A stretch of 33,860 bases of DNA from Polyangiaceae bacterium. GTDB taxonomy: Bacteria > Myxococcota_A > Polyangia > Polyangiales > Polyangiaceae. The notes under the pieces were generated by a model. It searched no databases. It saw only the letters and a program-made list of their open reading frames with translations, and was not told where the DNA came from. Made by a program: the position numbers and the translations under genes. Location of the stretch: NCBI GenBank assembly GCA_044222475.1, contig JBGANF010000090.1, forward strand, positions 1 through 33,860, read 5' to 3'. Below are positions 18,038-27,445 of the stretch, piece by piece. Every line of letters starts with the position of its first letter. The first letter of the stretch is position 1.

Positions 18038-18771
18038 GGGATCAGCCCGCGGATCCCGGCGGCGTCGAGCGCCTTCTTCGCCGCGGCTTCCCAGCCGCGG
18101 TTCGCCGCGGGGCTCGCCGGGCTCGGGTGCGGCATCGTCGCGAAGCGGATGCCCGTCACGCCGAGCCGCTCGATCTTCTTCGTCGCCCAGCCGCCGACGC
18201 CGACCACGTGCTTTGGCTCGAGGATCTCGATCACGCTCCGCAGGTGCGCGTCGCACACGGCTTCGAGCAGTGCGCGCTCGGTCGGCGCGAGCTTGTCCGG
18301 CGTGACGTTGGCGCCGCTCTCGGCGAGGAAGAGCAACGGGCAGTAGTTCACGACGTAGGCGCGGGCGAAGAAGTCTTCGGCCCGCGGAAAGGTCTTGGCG
18401 AACGCGCCCCACAGTCGCCGCCCACTCACCTCACTACGAGAACACGAGAACCCCTCGATCGGGCGCTTCGGGTGGGTTTGCTTCGGTACCAAAATGGTAC
18501 CATCGAGCTTCATCCAGTCGCGCACGAAGCCGACCTCGCCGAAGGGCACCCCGGTCTGGCCCATGCCGAACGGTCCGGGGTTCATCCCGACGAACACGAC
18601 CTCCTTCGCCGAGCCGCCGAACCGGCCGACGTACGCATCGGCGATGGCCCGCGCGTACTCGAGTGGGCGATACACCCACGCCACGCGCGCGAACCGCCGA
18701 AACTGCGTCGAGGCCGTACCTTGGCGCAGGATGTGGGTCGCCGCGACCATTTGCCTCGCGCGGTCGGTCAT
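18034..18771 (-). CDS. SMUG1-type (family 3) uracil-DNA glycosylase
   Basis: GMNPGPFGMGQTGVPFG, SEVSGRRLW, NYCPLLF, HPSPASPAANRGW; start at 18771 or 18750. Confidence 0.92.
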   Translation of the reverse strand: MTDRARQMVAATHILRQGTASTQFRRFARVAWVYRPLEYARAIADAYVGRFGGSAKEVVFVGMNPGPFGMGQTGVPFGEVGFVRDWMKLDGTILVPKQTHPKRPIEGFSCSRSEVSGRRLWGAFAKTFPRAEDFFARAYVVNYCPLLFLAESGANVTPDKLAPTERALLEAVCDAHLRSVIEILEPKHVVGVGGWATKKIERLGVTGIRFATMPHPSPASPAANRGWEAAAKKALDAAGIRGLIP

Positions 18772-18787
18772 CGGGTACACTGAAGCC

Positions 18788-19117
18788 ATGCTCAAGCGAA
18801 TGCTTTCGACTGCGACGGTCCTGGCGATTCCGATCTTCTTCGGTCTCACGTCGTGCGCCAACCTTTTCTCCGAGTACTGCAAGAAGCGCAACGATTGTCT
18901 CGGCGGGAACGACGCCGACCGCGCGGCCTGCGCCGACCAGCTCCGCGGGGAGGAGAACTACGCCGCCGAGTACAAGTGCTCGGACCAGTTCGACGCGTAC
19001 TACGAGTGCCGGAACAACACTGGGACCTGCACCGCGGGCCCCAGGTTCGAAACCAACTGCGACGCGCAGAAGAAGAACTACGACCAGTGCATCGAGGCGG
19101 CCTCGAACCTCCGCTGA
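18788..19117 (+). CDS. Small Cys-rich lipoprotein with two CX9C motifs
   Basis: Lipobox LTSC, 8 mature Cys; TACACT 6 nt before ATG 18788. Confidence 0.75.
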   Translation: MLKRMLSTATVLAIPIFFGLTSCANLFSEYCKKRNDCLGGNDADRAACADQLRGEENYAAEYKCSDQFDAYYECRNNTGTCTAGPRFETNCDAQKKNYDQCIEAASNLR

Positions 19118-19118
19118 G

Positions 19119-21089
19119 TCAGGGACCGCAGACGCCGGGTTGACCGCCTCCGCCGCAAACCTGCGGCAGGAGGCAGGTCCCGCACGAGAGCACCCCACCG
19201 CAGCCGTCGCCGTTGGCGCCACAGTTCTTGCCTTGGTCTTTGCAGGAGAGCGGGATGCAGGCGCCGGCGTCGGGTACGCCGCACTGGAAGTGAGTGTCCC
19301 CTCCGCACGTCTGCGGGGGCGGGCAGGTGCCGCAGCTCAGCGGCTGGCCGCAGCCGTCACCAGCGGGTCCGCACGTGATGCCCTGCTGCTGGCACGTCTG
19401 CGGCGTGCAGTTCTGCGGCGCGGACGGGACGCAGTTCGCGAGGTCGAAGAGCATGTACTCGAGGTTCTTCTCCTGCGAGTTCATCGGACCGGGCCGACAT
19501 GCCGCCGGGAACGTCGTGTTCTGCGTGAGCTGGTTCGAGAAGACGTGGAACGTGCTGTAGACGACGCGACCGCACTGCTGCTGCTGCCCGACCGGCGTGT
19601 AGAAAGCGTACTGCAGCGGTAGGTTCTGGCCCTGCGTGTCGTACACGAAGCTCTGGGACGACAGCGCGATCGAGTTGAGGTTGTACCGCGGCTCCTGGAT
19701 CGGAAACTGGTCCTTGGCGGTCAGCGCGCCCACGGTGTTCATCCAGGCCGAGAGCGCGGCGCCGTTCGAGAACGTCGTGTCGATGATGCCGACCGTCGAC
19801 GGATTGCCTTGCACGGTCGTGTTGAACGACGCGGTCGTGCTGAACGGCGCGACGTTGTAGAGCCACGTGTAGCTGTAGTGCGTCGAGAACACGCGACCGC
19901 CGTTGGTCGTGTAGTTCACGATGTTCTGTTGGTCGCTCGGAGCCTTCGCGATCGGCTGCGCTTCGCACGGGAGGAGCACCATGTCGAACTTGGCGAGCTC
20001 GGCGGGGTTGCTCACGAGTTGGCTCGCTGGCGGCGTGCCGGGCCCCGCGTTCGCGCCGTTGGCGACGTACATCGAGACCCGTCCGTTGCCGCTCGGCTGA
20101 GTGAACTCGGCTTGATCGATGCCGAGCTTCATCAGCACGCACTCGATCCCGTCGGCGTTGCCGGTGGCGATCGCGATCTTGGGGATGTCACCCTCGCCCT
20201 TGTTGCGCGGCATCCGGGTGAGGTCCTTGGGGAGCGCCGTCGTCGTGCAGGCGCTCACGCTCGGGATCGTGACGACGCGACGCCAGCGACCGAGCTGGAT
20301 CACGAGCGGGATGTTCGTGCCCACCGGTACGTTGGTGAGGGTGAACGTGCCGTCCGCGGCGGTGTTCGCGACCACGAGCGGTTCGCCGGAAACCTCGGCT
20401 CCGCATTGGTCGCACTTGACGCCAGGGGCGAACGCGTTCAGCGGCGCGTTCGGCACGTAGACGAGTGCGTTGTAGATCGGATCCGGCGTGCCGAACTGCT
20501 GCAGCGTGCCGGCGACCACGGTTCCCGTCACCGTGGTCGTCCCCGAGTCGCAATTGACCTGCTGGAGGCAGAGGTTCGTGCACGGCTTCGAGTTGCCGCA
20601 GTGACCCGGGATCCCCGCGGCACCGCACGCGTCCGGGTACGAGCAGATCCCGCAGTTCATCGAGCCACCGCAGCCGTCACCGGAGACGCCGCAGTTGAAC
20701 CCGAGATCCTGGCAGGTCTTCGGTTTGCACGGCGGCCCCTTGGCGCACTTGCTGAAGGCCTGCGATCCGCACACCTGCGGTGCCGGGCAGGTTCCGCAGT
20801 TGATCGCGTTTCCGCAGCCGTCGCCGTTGAAACCGCACTCGAAGCCCTGGTCGCTGCAGCTTCGCGACGTGCAGATGGGGATCGGCACGTCGGGCTTTGC
20901 GTCGGCCGCGTCCGCATCGGGGCCGCCGTCCACCGGGCCGTCGAGCGTTTGATCGAGGGTGACGTCGCCCGCGCCGTCGATGCCGGCGTCGAAGGGGTCG
21001 TCCGAGAGCAGCCCGGTGCGGCTGCCACACGCCACGATCATCGCGACGGTTGCCAGCGGAGCGACCCAAGCCCATCGCTTCGCACCCAT
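19119..21089 (-). CDS. Large Cys-repeat lipoprotein with a carboxypeptidase-regulatory-like beta domain and an alpha/beta core
   Basis: Lipobox IVAC; four C..(T/S)C...G..CG...DGCG....CG.C..P..CG repeats (two at each end); TAADGTFTLTNVP; start ATG 21089. Confidence 0.8.
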   Translation of the reverse strand: MGAKRWAWVAPLATVAMIVACGSRTGLLSDDPFDAGIDGAGDVTLDQTLDGPVDGGPDADAADAKPDVPIPICTSRSCSDQGFECGFNGDGCGNAINCGTCPAPQVCGSQAFSKCAKGPPCKPKTCQDLGFNCGVSGDGCGGSMNCGICSYPDACGAAGIPGHCGNSKPCTNLCLQQVNCDSGTTTVTGTVVAGTLQQFGTPDPIYNALVYVPNAPLNAFAPGVKCDQCGAEVSGEPLVVANTAADGTFTLTNVPVGTNIPLVIQLGRWRRVVTIPSVSACTTTALPKDLTRMPRNKGEGDIPKIAIATGNADGIECVLMKLGIDQAEFTQPSGNGRVSMYVANGANAGPGTPPASQLVSNPAELAKFDMVLLPCEAQPIAKAPSDQQNIVNYTTNGGRVFSTHYSYTWLYNVAPFSTTASFNTTVQGNPSTVGIIDTTFSNGAALSAWMNTVGALTAKDQFPIQEPRYNLNSIALSSQSFVYDTQGQNLPLQYAFYTPVGQQQQCGRVVYSTFHVFSNQLTQNTTFPAACRPGPMNSQEKNLEYMLFDLANCVPSAPQNCTPQTCQQQGITCGPAGDGCGQPLSCGTCPPPQTCGGDTHFQCGVPDAGACIPLSCKDQGKNCGANGDGCGGVLSCGTCLLPQVCGGGGQPGVCGP

Positions 21090-21137
21090 CCGTTCAATAT
21101 GCCTCCCGGTGAGTGCGTTCGCTAGTATCTTGCACGC

Positions 21138-23345
21138 GTGAAGCGGCGCGCCACTGCATTCCCGCTGGGCCTCGCGGCGTTGGCCACCCTCACGATCGCA
21201 TGCGGGCGAGACGCGGCACCGAAGCCGGCCGTCACGAACGCGACCGAAGACGCTGCGATCGCGAGCGCCGATGCCGCTGGCGACGCGAGCGCGATCCCGC
21301 CGCCTCGCTTCGCCGATCTGTTGCGCCGCGATCAGTACGAAGAGGCGGCGAAGACGATCGACGCACTCCCGGACGCGGAGCGCACCAGCCCGGAGACGCG
21401 CTACGCGCGCGCGCGGGTGGCGCTGTGGCTGCTCGACGGAGCGCGCGCCATCACCGAGCTCGACGGTCTCGAGGCGAAGCTCCCCGCGCTCGACCAAGCG
21501 ATCGCCGAGACGCGCGCGCGCGGGCAGCTCCTCGTCGGCCCCTTCGATGCCGCGGCCACGTTCTTCTCGAAGCGGAGCGGCTCACCGGACGATCAGCTCC
21601 TCGCGGCGCAAGCGTTCGTGAAGGCGAAGGACGAGCCGGCGGCCGCGAAGGCCTGCGCGATCGTCGTCGCGACCGAGCGCCGTTCGCGGCGTCAAGAGGC
21701 CGAGGCGCGCTCGATTCGAATGAAGCTCTCGACCACGACCGACGCGCAGATCGCCCAGGACGCTCGGTGGCTCGCGATCAAGGCACCCGATCTCGCCTTC
21801 GCCGACGGCGCCGACGCCGCGCTCGCGAAGCACGACAAGGATCACCCGCTGACCGGGAAAGAGCTCGCCGAGAGCGCACGCGTCCTCGCCGACGCGACGA
21901 AGATCGATGCGGCGCTCGACGCGCTCGCAAAGGCCGCGCGGGCCAAGACGAGCCCGCTCGGCGGGAGCGACCTCAAGCGCGCCCAAGCCGACGCGCGGAT
22001 GCGAGCCCGTGCACAATACACGGATGCGGCGAAGCTCTACCTCGAGTGCGCCAACGCGAGCGGTGGGACCGCGGAGGATCTGCTGTCGTCGGCGCGAGCG
22101 CTCAGCCGAGCCGACGACGACGACGACGCGATCGTCCGCTACGCCGACGTCGTGAAGAAGTTCGCCAAGACGACCCAAGCGGCGGACGCGTCGTTCCTCT
22201 CCGCGCGTCTTCAGATGCTTCACGGTCGCTGGAAGCTCGCGGCCGAAGCGTTCGACGACTACCTGAAGAAGTTCCCCGCTGGCGGCGACCGCGACTCGGC
22301 GGCGAAGCTGCGCGCTATCGCGCGGCTCGGGAACGGCGAGCACGCAGTGGCGAAGAAGCTCCTCGAGACGATCGCCGCGTCCGAGCGCGACGCGGGCGTC
22401 AAGGCGCGCTACCAGAACCTCGCGGCGCTCGCCGCGTTCAAGGACGGCGACAAGACCCACGCGACCGCCACGTGGACCGAGGTCGCGCGCTCGCAGCCGC
22501 TCACCTGGGCGGCGCTCGTCGCGCGCGCGCGGTTGACCGAAGCCGGCTCGCCGCTACCGCCGACGATCGATCCGGCGAAGAGCGAGACCGCGTCGCCGTT
22601 GACGGTCACGCTTCCGCCGCCGGTCGATCTGTTGACCCGCATCGGCCTCGACGGGGACGCCGAGCACGAGCTCCGCAGCCGAGAGGGCTCCGTCTCGGCC
22701 GCCGCTCCGCAGCGATCGGTCGAGGCGACGTGCATCGCGTACGGCATGCTCGGCCGCGGCGAGCGGCGCTACCAAGTCTCCCAGCAGATCGCGAACGCGA
22801 CCGTGCAGACGGCGCCGTCGGCGGCGACGCGGTGGGCGTGGGACTGCTTGTTTCCCGAGCCGTTCGCCGACATCGTGAGCGACGTCGAGCTCAAGGAGAC
22901 GCTCCCGCGCGGGCTCATCTACGCGGTGATGCGGCAGGAGTCGGGCTTCGACGCCGACGTGGTCTCGCCCGCGCGCGCGGTCGGGCTCCTGCAGCTCCTG
23001 CCCGAGACCGCGAAGGCGGTCGCGAAGGAGCTCGGCATCGCGCACGACGACGCGTGGCTGATCCGTCCGGCGCACAACATCGCGCTGGGAGGTCACTACC
23101 TGCACGGGCTGCTGATCAAGTTCGCGGGCGCGATGCCGCTCGCGATCGCGTCGTACAACGCGGGGCCCGAAGCCGCGGGGCGCTGGCGCGATCGGATGAA
23201 GGGACTCGATCTCGATGCGCTGGTGGAAGCGATCCCGTACGCGGAGACGCGAGGCTACGTGGTGCGGGTGATGGGAAACCTCTCCCGCTACGCGTACGCG
23301 CGCGCGGGGGACACGGGGCTCCCGGACGTGAAGCTCACGCTGTAA
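21138..23345 (+). CDS. Lytic transglycosylase (SLT domain) with TPR repeats, lipoprotein
   Basis: AVMRQESGF, SPARAVGLLQLLPETA, ASYNAGP, IPYAETRGYV; lipobox TIAC; TATCTT 6 nt before the GTG. Confidence 0.92.
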   Translation: MKRRATAFPLGLAALATLTIACGRDAAPKPAVTNATEDAAIASADAAGDASAIPPPRFADLLRRDQYEEAAKTIDALPDAERTSPETRYARARVALWLLDGARAITELDGLEAKLPALDQAIAETRARGQLLVGPFDAAATFFSKRSGSPDDQLLAAQAFVKAKDEPAAAKACAIVVATERRSRRQEAEARSIRMKLSTTTDAQIAQDARWLAIKAPDLAFADGADAALAKHDKDHPLTGKELAESARVLADATKIDAALDALAKAARAKTSPLGGSDLKRAQADARMRARAQYTDAAKLYLECANASGGTAEDLLSSARALSRADDDDDAIVRYADVVKKFAKTTQAADASFLSARLQMLHGRWKLAAEAFDDYLKKFPAGGDRDSAAKLRAIARLGNGEHAVAKKLLETIAASERDAGVKARYQNLAALAAFKDGDKTHATATWTEVARSQPLTWAALVARARLTEAGSPLPPTIDPAKSETASPLTVTLPPPVDLLTRIGLDGDAEHELRSREGSVSAAAPQRSVEATCIAYGMLGRGERRYQVSQQIANATVQTAPSAATRWAWDCLFPEPFADIVSDVELKETLPRGLIYAVMRQESGFDADVVSPARAVGLLQLLPETAKAVAKELGIAHDDAWLIRPAHNIALGGHYLHGLLIKFAGAMPLAIASYNAGPEAAGRWRDRMKGLDLDALVEAIPYAETRGYVVRVMGNLSRYAYARAGDTGLPDVKLTL

Positions 23346-23348
23346 CGA

Positions 23349-24149
23349 CTACTTGAAGTTCCCCGTCCCCGTGATCATCTGACCCGCGACTCCGTTCGCC
23401 GGCCACTGGATCGTCTCTTCGTAGGTCGACTGATCGATCCCGGTGAGGCGGATCGTGAACGGACCTTTCCCGAAGCCCGAGTTGTCCGTCAGCGTCCCGT
23501 CGCCCCCGCGATCGAGGGCCACGAACGACGCGTGGTTCGCGCTCTTCACTTCGACCTTCGCGAGCGGGACGCGCGCGTTGCGCACCCAGAGGCTCGTCCA
23601 CCACTCGCTCGATCCGGTCTGGAACTCGAACATCACGTTGCCCGTCGCCGGACACTTCGCGAGCCACCACGACATCGAGCGCGGGAACTCTCCGCTGTCG
23701 AGGATGGCGTTCGCCTGCGGGCTCACGTCGATGCTGTTCGACGAGGTATCACCGTAGGTGACGACGCGGAGCAGCGCCGTCTTCCCCTTGTCGGTCTTCA
23801 CGAAGATGCACGCGTCGCAGTACTGCGCGACGTTGGGGATGCCACTCCACAGGCCCGCGAGCAGGACGCCTTCGACCTGACGCACGCTCTGGGCGTATTT
23901 CGTCCCCGGCGCGCACGCGTTGTGCCACTGCGTCTCTTCGTAGTCGACCGGGCCGAGGTGGAACTGTCCGCCGGTGTACGCGTTGCCGTAGAGCGTCGTC
24001 CCCGATCCATCGGGGCCGGGCTGCGGCGGGATCACCACGTCTTGGCCGCCGCCGCCGTCCGGCGTGGTGCTCGAGGTGTCGTCCCCGCCGCACGCGATCA
24101 CGAGGAGGGATCCGAAGAGCAGAGGCGCGATGGCGGAGGCGGGACGCAT
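23349..24149 (-). CDS. Bacterial expansin-like (EXLX1/YoaJ-type) lipoprotein
   Basis: Lipobox VIAC; DPBB-like domain CDACIFV...IDVSPQA; WWLAKCP junction; domain 2 GSSEWWTSLWVRNARVPLAKVEV...GPFTIRLT. Confidence 0.8.
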   Translation of the reverse strand: MRPASAIAPLLFGSLLVIACGGDDTSSTTPDGGGGQDVVIPPQPGPDGSGTTLYGNAYTGGQFHLGPVDYEETQWHNACAPGTKYAQSVRQVEGVLLAGLWSGIPNVAQYCDACIFVKTDKGKTALLRVVTYGDTSSNSIDVSPQANAILDSGEFPRSMSWWLAKCPATGNVMFEFQTGSSEWWTSLWVRNARVPLAKVEVKSANHASFVALDRGGDGTLTDNSGFGKGPFTIRLTGIDQSTYEETIQWPANGVAGQMITGTGNFK

Positions 24150-24197
24150 GGAGCGAACCCATAGCACACTCACCACATGTCGATGAATGGCACCCCG

Positions 24198-24848
24198 TCA
24201 GTCGTAGTCTTCGGCCTCGAAGACGACGTCTGCCGTGCCGCTGTCCTGCATCGATCGCCGCAGCGTCTCGTAGACGACGGCCAGGACCTCCATCCGAGTG
24301 GACGGCAGGAAATACTGCTCCTCCTCGACCGGAGGGATCACCTCCAGGCGCGCGTTCACGACCTCGCGCTCGCCGGGATCGAGCTCGAAGTGAGCGCCCC
24401 AACCGGTGGCCTCTTCGCCGGTGAGCGCCTCGAGCGCCATCCCGATCGGGTTGAACGACACGTGGACGCGCGAGAGAAGAACGCGCCAGGTCTCGTGCTC
24501 GTTGCCGGCGATCCGCCAGTAGCCGCCGTAGCGACGACGAACGACCTCACCGAGGTACGCGCCGACGGACGCCGCTACGAGCACGAGCGTCTCGGGCCGA
24601 ACGGTGATCTCCGCGCGCGCGTCGCGCACGTACTGGTCGACGATCGGGAGCGTGTCCTCCTCGAAGTCGAGCGGCACCTTGTACTTCGACGCCGCGAAGC
24701 GCAGGAACGACGCGAACAGCTCGGCGACGGCGGTCGGCGGCGGCGCGATCTCGGACTCACCGAGCTCGATGTCTTCGACGTTCAGCTCGACGTCGTGCGG
24801 GACGCCCGCTCCGTTCGATCCGTTGGATCCGTGTTCTCCGCCGCCCAT
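24198..24848 (-). CDS. Hypothetical protein (DUF3806/DUF6278-like)
   Basis: LDFEEDTLPIVDQYV...VGAYLGEVVRRRYGGYW pattern; start at ATG 24848. Confidence 0.6.
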   Translation of the reverse strand: MGGGEHGSNGSNGAGVPHDVELNVEDIELGESEIAPPPTAVAELFASFLRFAASKYKVPLDFEEDTLPIVDQYVRDARAEITVRPETLVLVAASVGAYLGEVVRRRYGGYWRIAGNEHETWRVLLSRVHVSFNPIGMALEALTGEEATGWGAHFELDPGEREVVNARLEVIPPVEEEQYFLPSTRMEVLAVVYETLRRSMQDSGTADVVFEAEDYD

Positions 24849-24870
24849 CGACGATTCCTTAGCACGACGC

Positions 24871-27405
24871 TCACGCGAAGCGGCGATGGAACACGCGCTT
24901 GGCGCCCTCCACCGTGAGGGCGTACGCCAAGCTGATCCCCCAGAGCATCGCGAGGAGCTTCGGCGGGAGCGGCACGAGATCCACGAGCGCGCCGAGCGGA
25001 GTGTACGGAAGCCCGCAGGCCACGAGCGCGACCGCAACGCTGAGCAGGAGGAGCATCGTCCCCGGACGACTGCGCCAGAACACGCGCCGCGTGCGGACGA
25101 CGAGCGCTACGACGACCTCGGTCAAGAGCGACTCGATGAACCACGCGGTGCGAAACTCGGCCGGCGGCGCGCGGACGACGAAGAGTAAGAGCAGGAAGGT
25201 GAGCCCATCGAACACGCTGCTCACGAGGCCGAACGTGATCATGAAGCGCCGCAAGATGCCGATGTTCCAGCGCAGCGGCTTCTGTACCATCTCGGGATCG
25301 ACGGAGTCGCCGGCGATGGCCATCGCGGGCACGTCGCTGAGGAAGTTGTTGAGGAGCACCTGCCCGGCGAGGAGCGGCAAGAACGGGAGGAACGCCCCCG
25401 CGATCGCCATGCTCACCATGTTCCCGAAGTTCGCGCTCTCGGTCGTGTAGAGGTACTTGAGCGTGTTGGCGAAGGTCCCTCGCCCCTCGACGATGCCGTC
25501 GTGGAGGACGCGCAGATCGCGCTTCACGAGGACGAAGTCGGCGGCTTCGCGCGCGACGTCGGTCGCGCCGTCGACCGACACGCCGACGTCGGCCGCGTGG
25601 AGCGCGGGCGCGTCGTTCACGCCGTCGCCCATGTAGCCGACGACGTGACCGGTCTTCCGGAGCGCGAGGATCACCCGCTCCTTCTGGTTCGGATCGACCT
25701 CGGCGAACACCGAGACCCGCTCGGCGACGTGCCATAACGCCTCGTCTCCGAGCGAGGAGATCTCGGGGCCGGTGAGGATGCGCTCGGTGTTCATCCCGAG
25801 CGCCGTCGCGAGGTGAGCGCACACCGACCGGGCGTCGCCGCTGACGATCTTCACCGCGACGCCGAGCGCGAGGAGATCGGCGATGGTGTCGGCCGCGCCC
25901 TCCTTCGGCGGGTCTGCGAGCTCGAGGATGCCCTCGAAGACCATGTCTCGCTCGTCGGCGCGGGTCGCCGACGACACGTCACCGAGCACGCGAGTCGCGA
26001 CCGCGATCGCGCGCACGCCGCTCGCGCCGAGCGCGTCGACTCGCTCCGAGAGCGCGGCAGAGCGTTCGTGGGTCATCTCCTCCGTGTCTCCCGATGGAGA
26101 CCGGATCGCGCGCGTCACCGACAGGATGGTGCGGAACGCTCCCTTCGTGACGAGCAGCGCACCGGCGGGCGTCTTGACGAGGACGCTCACCCGCTTGCGC
26201 GAGAAGTCGTACGGAACCTCGTCGAGTCGCTCTCCGACGAGCGCGATCGGCTCGACCTTCGCCCGATCGAGAAGCGAAACGTCGACGGGGTTCGGCAGCC
26301 CGCATTGGAGCTTCGCGTTCGTGTAGGCGAGGCTCAACGCCTGCGGCGAAGGACTCCCGAGCGCGTCCGTCGCGCCTCGAATCACGGCTTTGCCTTCGGT
26401 GAGCGTGCCCGTCTTGTCGGTGCAGAAGACGTCGATCGCTCCGAAATTCTCGATCGCCGACAGCTTGCGCACGATGACGCCTCGGTCGGCCATCCGCTGC
26501 GCACCGCGCGAGAGGTTCACGCTCACGATCGCCGGCAACATCTCCGGCGCGAGACCGACGGCGAGCGCCACCGCGAAGAGCAGCGACGCGATCGGCGGCT
26601 TGTGTCCGAGGAGGTTCGCCGCGGTCGTGCACAGGACGAGCACGAACATCACCCGCATCAGCATCTGACCGAAGCGACGCAGCCCTTCGTCGAACGACGT
26701 CTCCGGCGGTCGCAGCGCGAGCCGCTCCGCGATCCGCCCGTACTCCGTCCCTCGGCCGGTCCTGACGACGAGCATCGTCCCGAGGCCGCTCTGCACGCTC
26801 GTGCCCTGGTACAGCGCGTTCTTGCGCGCTCCCAGCGACGACGTGGCCGGCGCGGTCCCGGGCTCCTTCTCGACGGCGTGGCTCTCGCCGGTGAGCACGG
26901 ACTCGGAGACGAAGAGATCCTTCGTCGAGATCACGACGCCGTCGGCCGGGATCGTCACGCCGGCGCTCAAGCTCACGACGTCGCCAGGGACGAGCGTCGC
27001 GCACGGAACGCGCACCGTGGCGCCGCCTCGAACCACGTCGCAGCGGAGCTCGAGGTGCTCGCGGAGCGCGGCCACTGCCCGCGAAGCGCGGCGCTCTTGG
27101 ATGAACCCGAGCAGCGCGCCGAGCAGGAGGATCGCGACGACGACTCCCGCATCGGTCCACTCGCCGGCGACCGACGAGACGACGACGGCGAAGAGAAGAA
27201 GCCACGACAGCGGGTTGCGAAACTGGCGAATCAGCGCGAAGAGCGCGCTCTCGGACGCCTCTTCCCGAAGCACGTTCCTGCCGACCTCGGCGAGCCGCGC
27301 CTCGGCTGCGCTCGCGTCGAGCCCTCGCTCGGGGTCGGCGCGGAGCGTGTCCGCGATCGCGGTGGCGCTCTTCGTCCAGTAGGAGTCGAGGTCGCGCGGT
27401 TGCAC
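24871..27405 (-). CDS. mgtA: Magnesium-translocating P-type ATPase (P3B)
   Basis: TGES, AVGLAPEMLP, DKTGTLT, GDGVNDAPAL, SANFGNM; probable start GTG 27405 with TGcTATCGT upstream. Confidence 0.88.
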   Translation of the reverse strand: MQPRDLDSYWTKSATAIADTLRADPERGLDASAAEARLAEVGRNVLREEASESALFALIRQFRNPLSWLLLFAVVVSSVAGEWTDAGVVVAILLLGALLGFIQERRASRAVAALREHLELRCDVVRGGATVRVPCATLVPGDVVSLSAGVTIPADGVVISTKDLFVSESVLTGESHAVEKEPGTAPATSSLGARKNALYQGTSVQSGLGTMLVVRTGRGTEYGRIAERLALRPPETSFDEGLRRFGQMLMRVMFVLVLCTTAANLLGHKPPIASLLFAVALAVGLAPEMLPAIVSVNLSRGAQRMADRGVIVRKLSAIENFGAIDVFCTDKTGTLTEGKAVIRGATDALGSPSPQALSLAYTNAKLQCGLPNPVDVSLLDRAKVEPIALVGERLDEVPYDFSRKRVSVLVKTPAGALLVTKGAFRTILSVTRAIRSPSGDTEEMTHERSAALSERVDALGASGVRAIAVATRVLGDVSSATRADERDMVFEGILELADPPKEGAADTIADLLALGVAVKIVSGDARSVCAHLATALGMNTERILTGPEISSLGDEALWHVAERVSVFAEVDPNQKERVILALRKTGHVVGYMGDGVNDAPALHAADVGVSVDGATDVAREAADFVLVKRDLRVLHDGIVEGRGTFANTLKYLYTTESANFGNMVSMAIAGAFLPFLPLLAGQVLLNNFLSDVPAMAIAGDSVDPEMVQKPLRWNIGILRRFMITFGLVSSVFDGLTFLLLLFVVRAPPAEFRTAWFIESLLTEVVVALVVRTRRVFWRSRPGTMLLLLSVAVALVACGLPYTPLGALVDLVPLPPKLLAMLWGISLAYALTVEGAKRVFHRRFA

Positions 27406-27445
27406 GTCGCCGAGACGATAGCAGCGCCCGTCCGTCCGCGGACTG

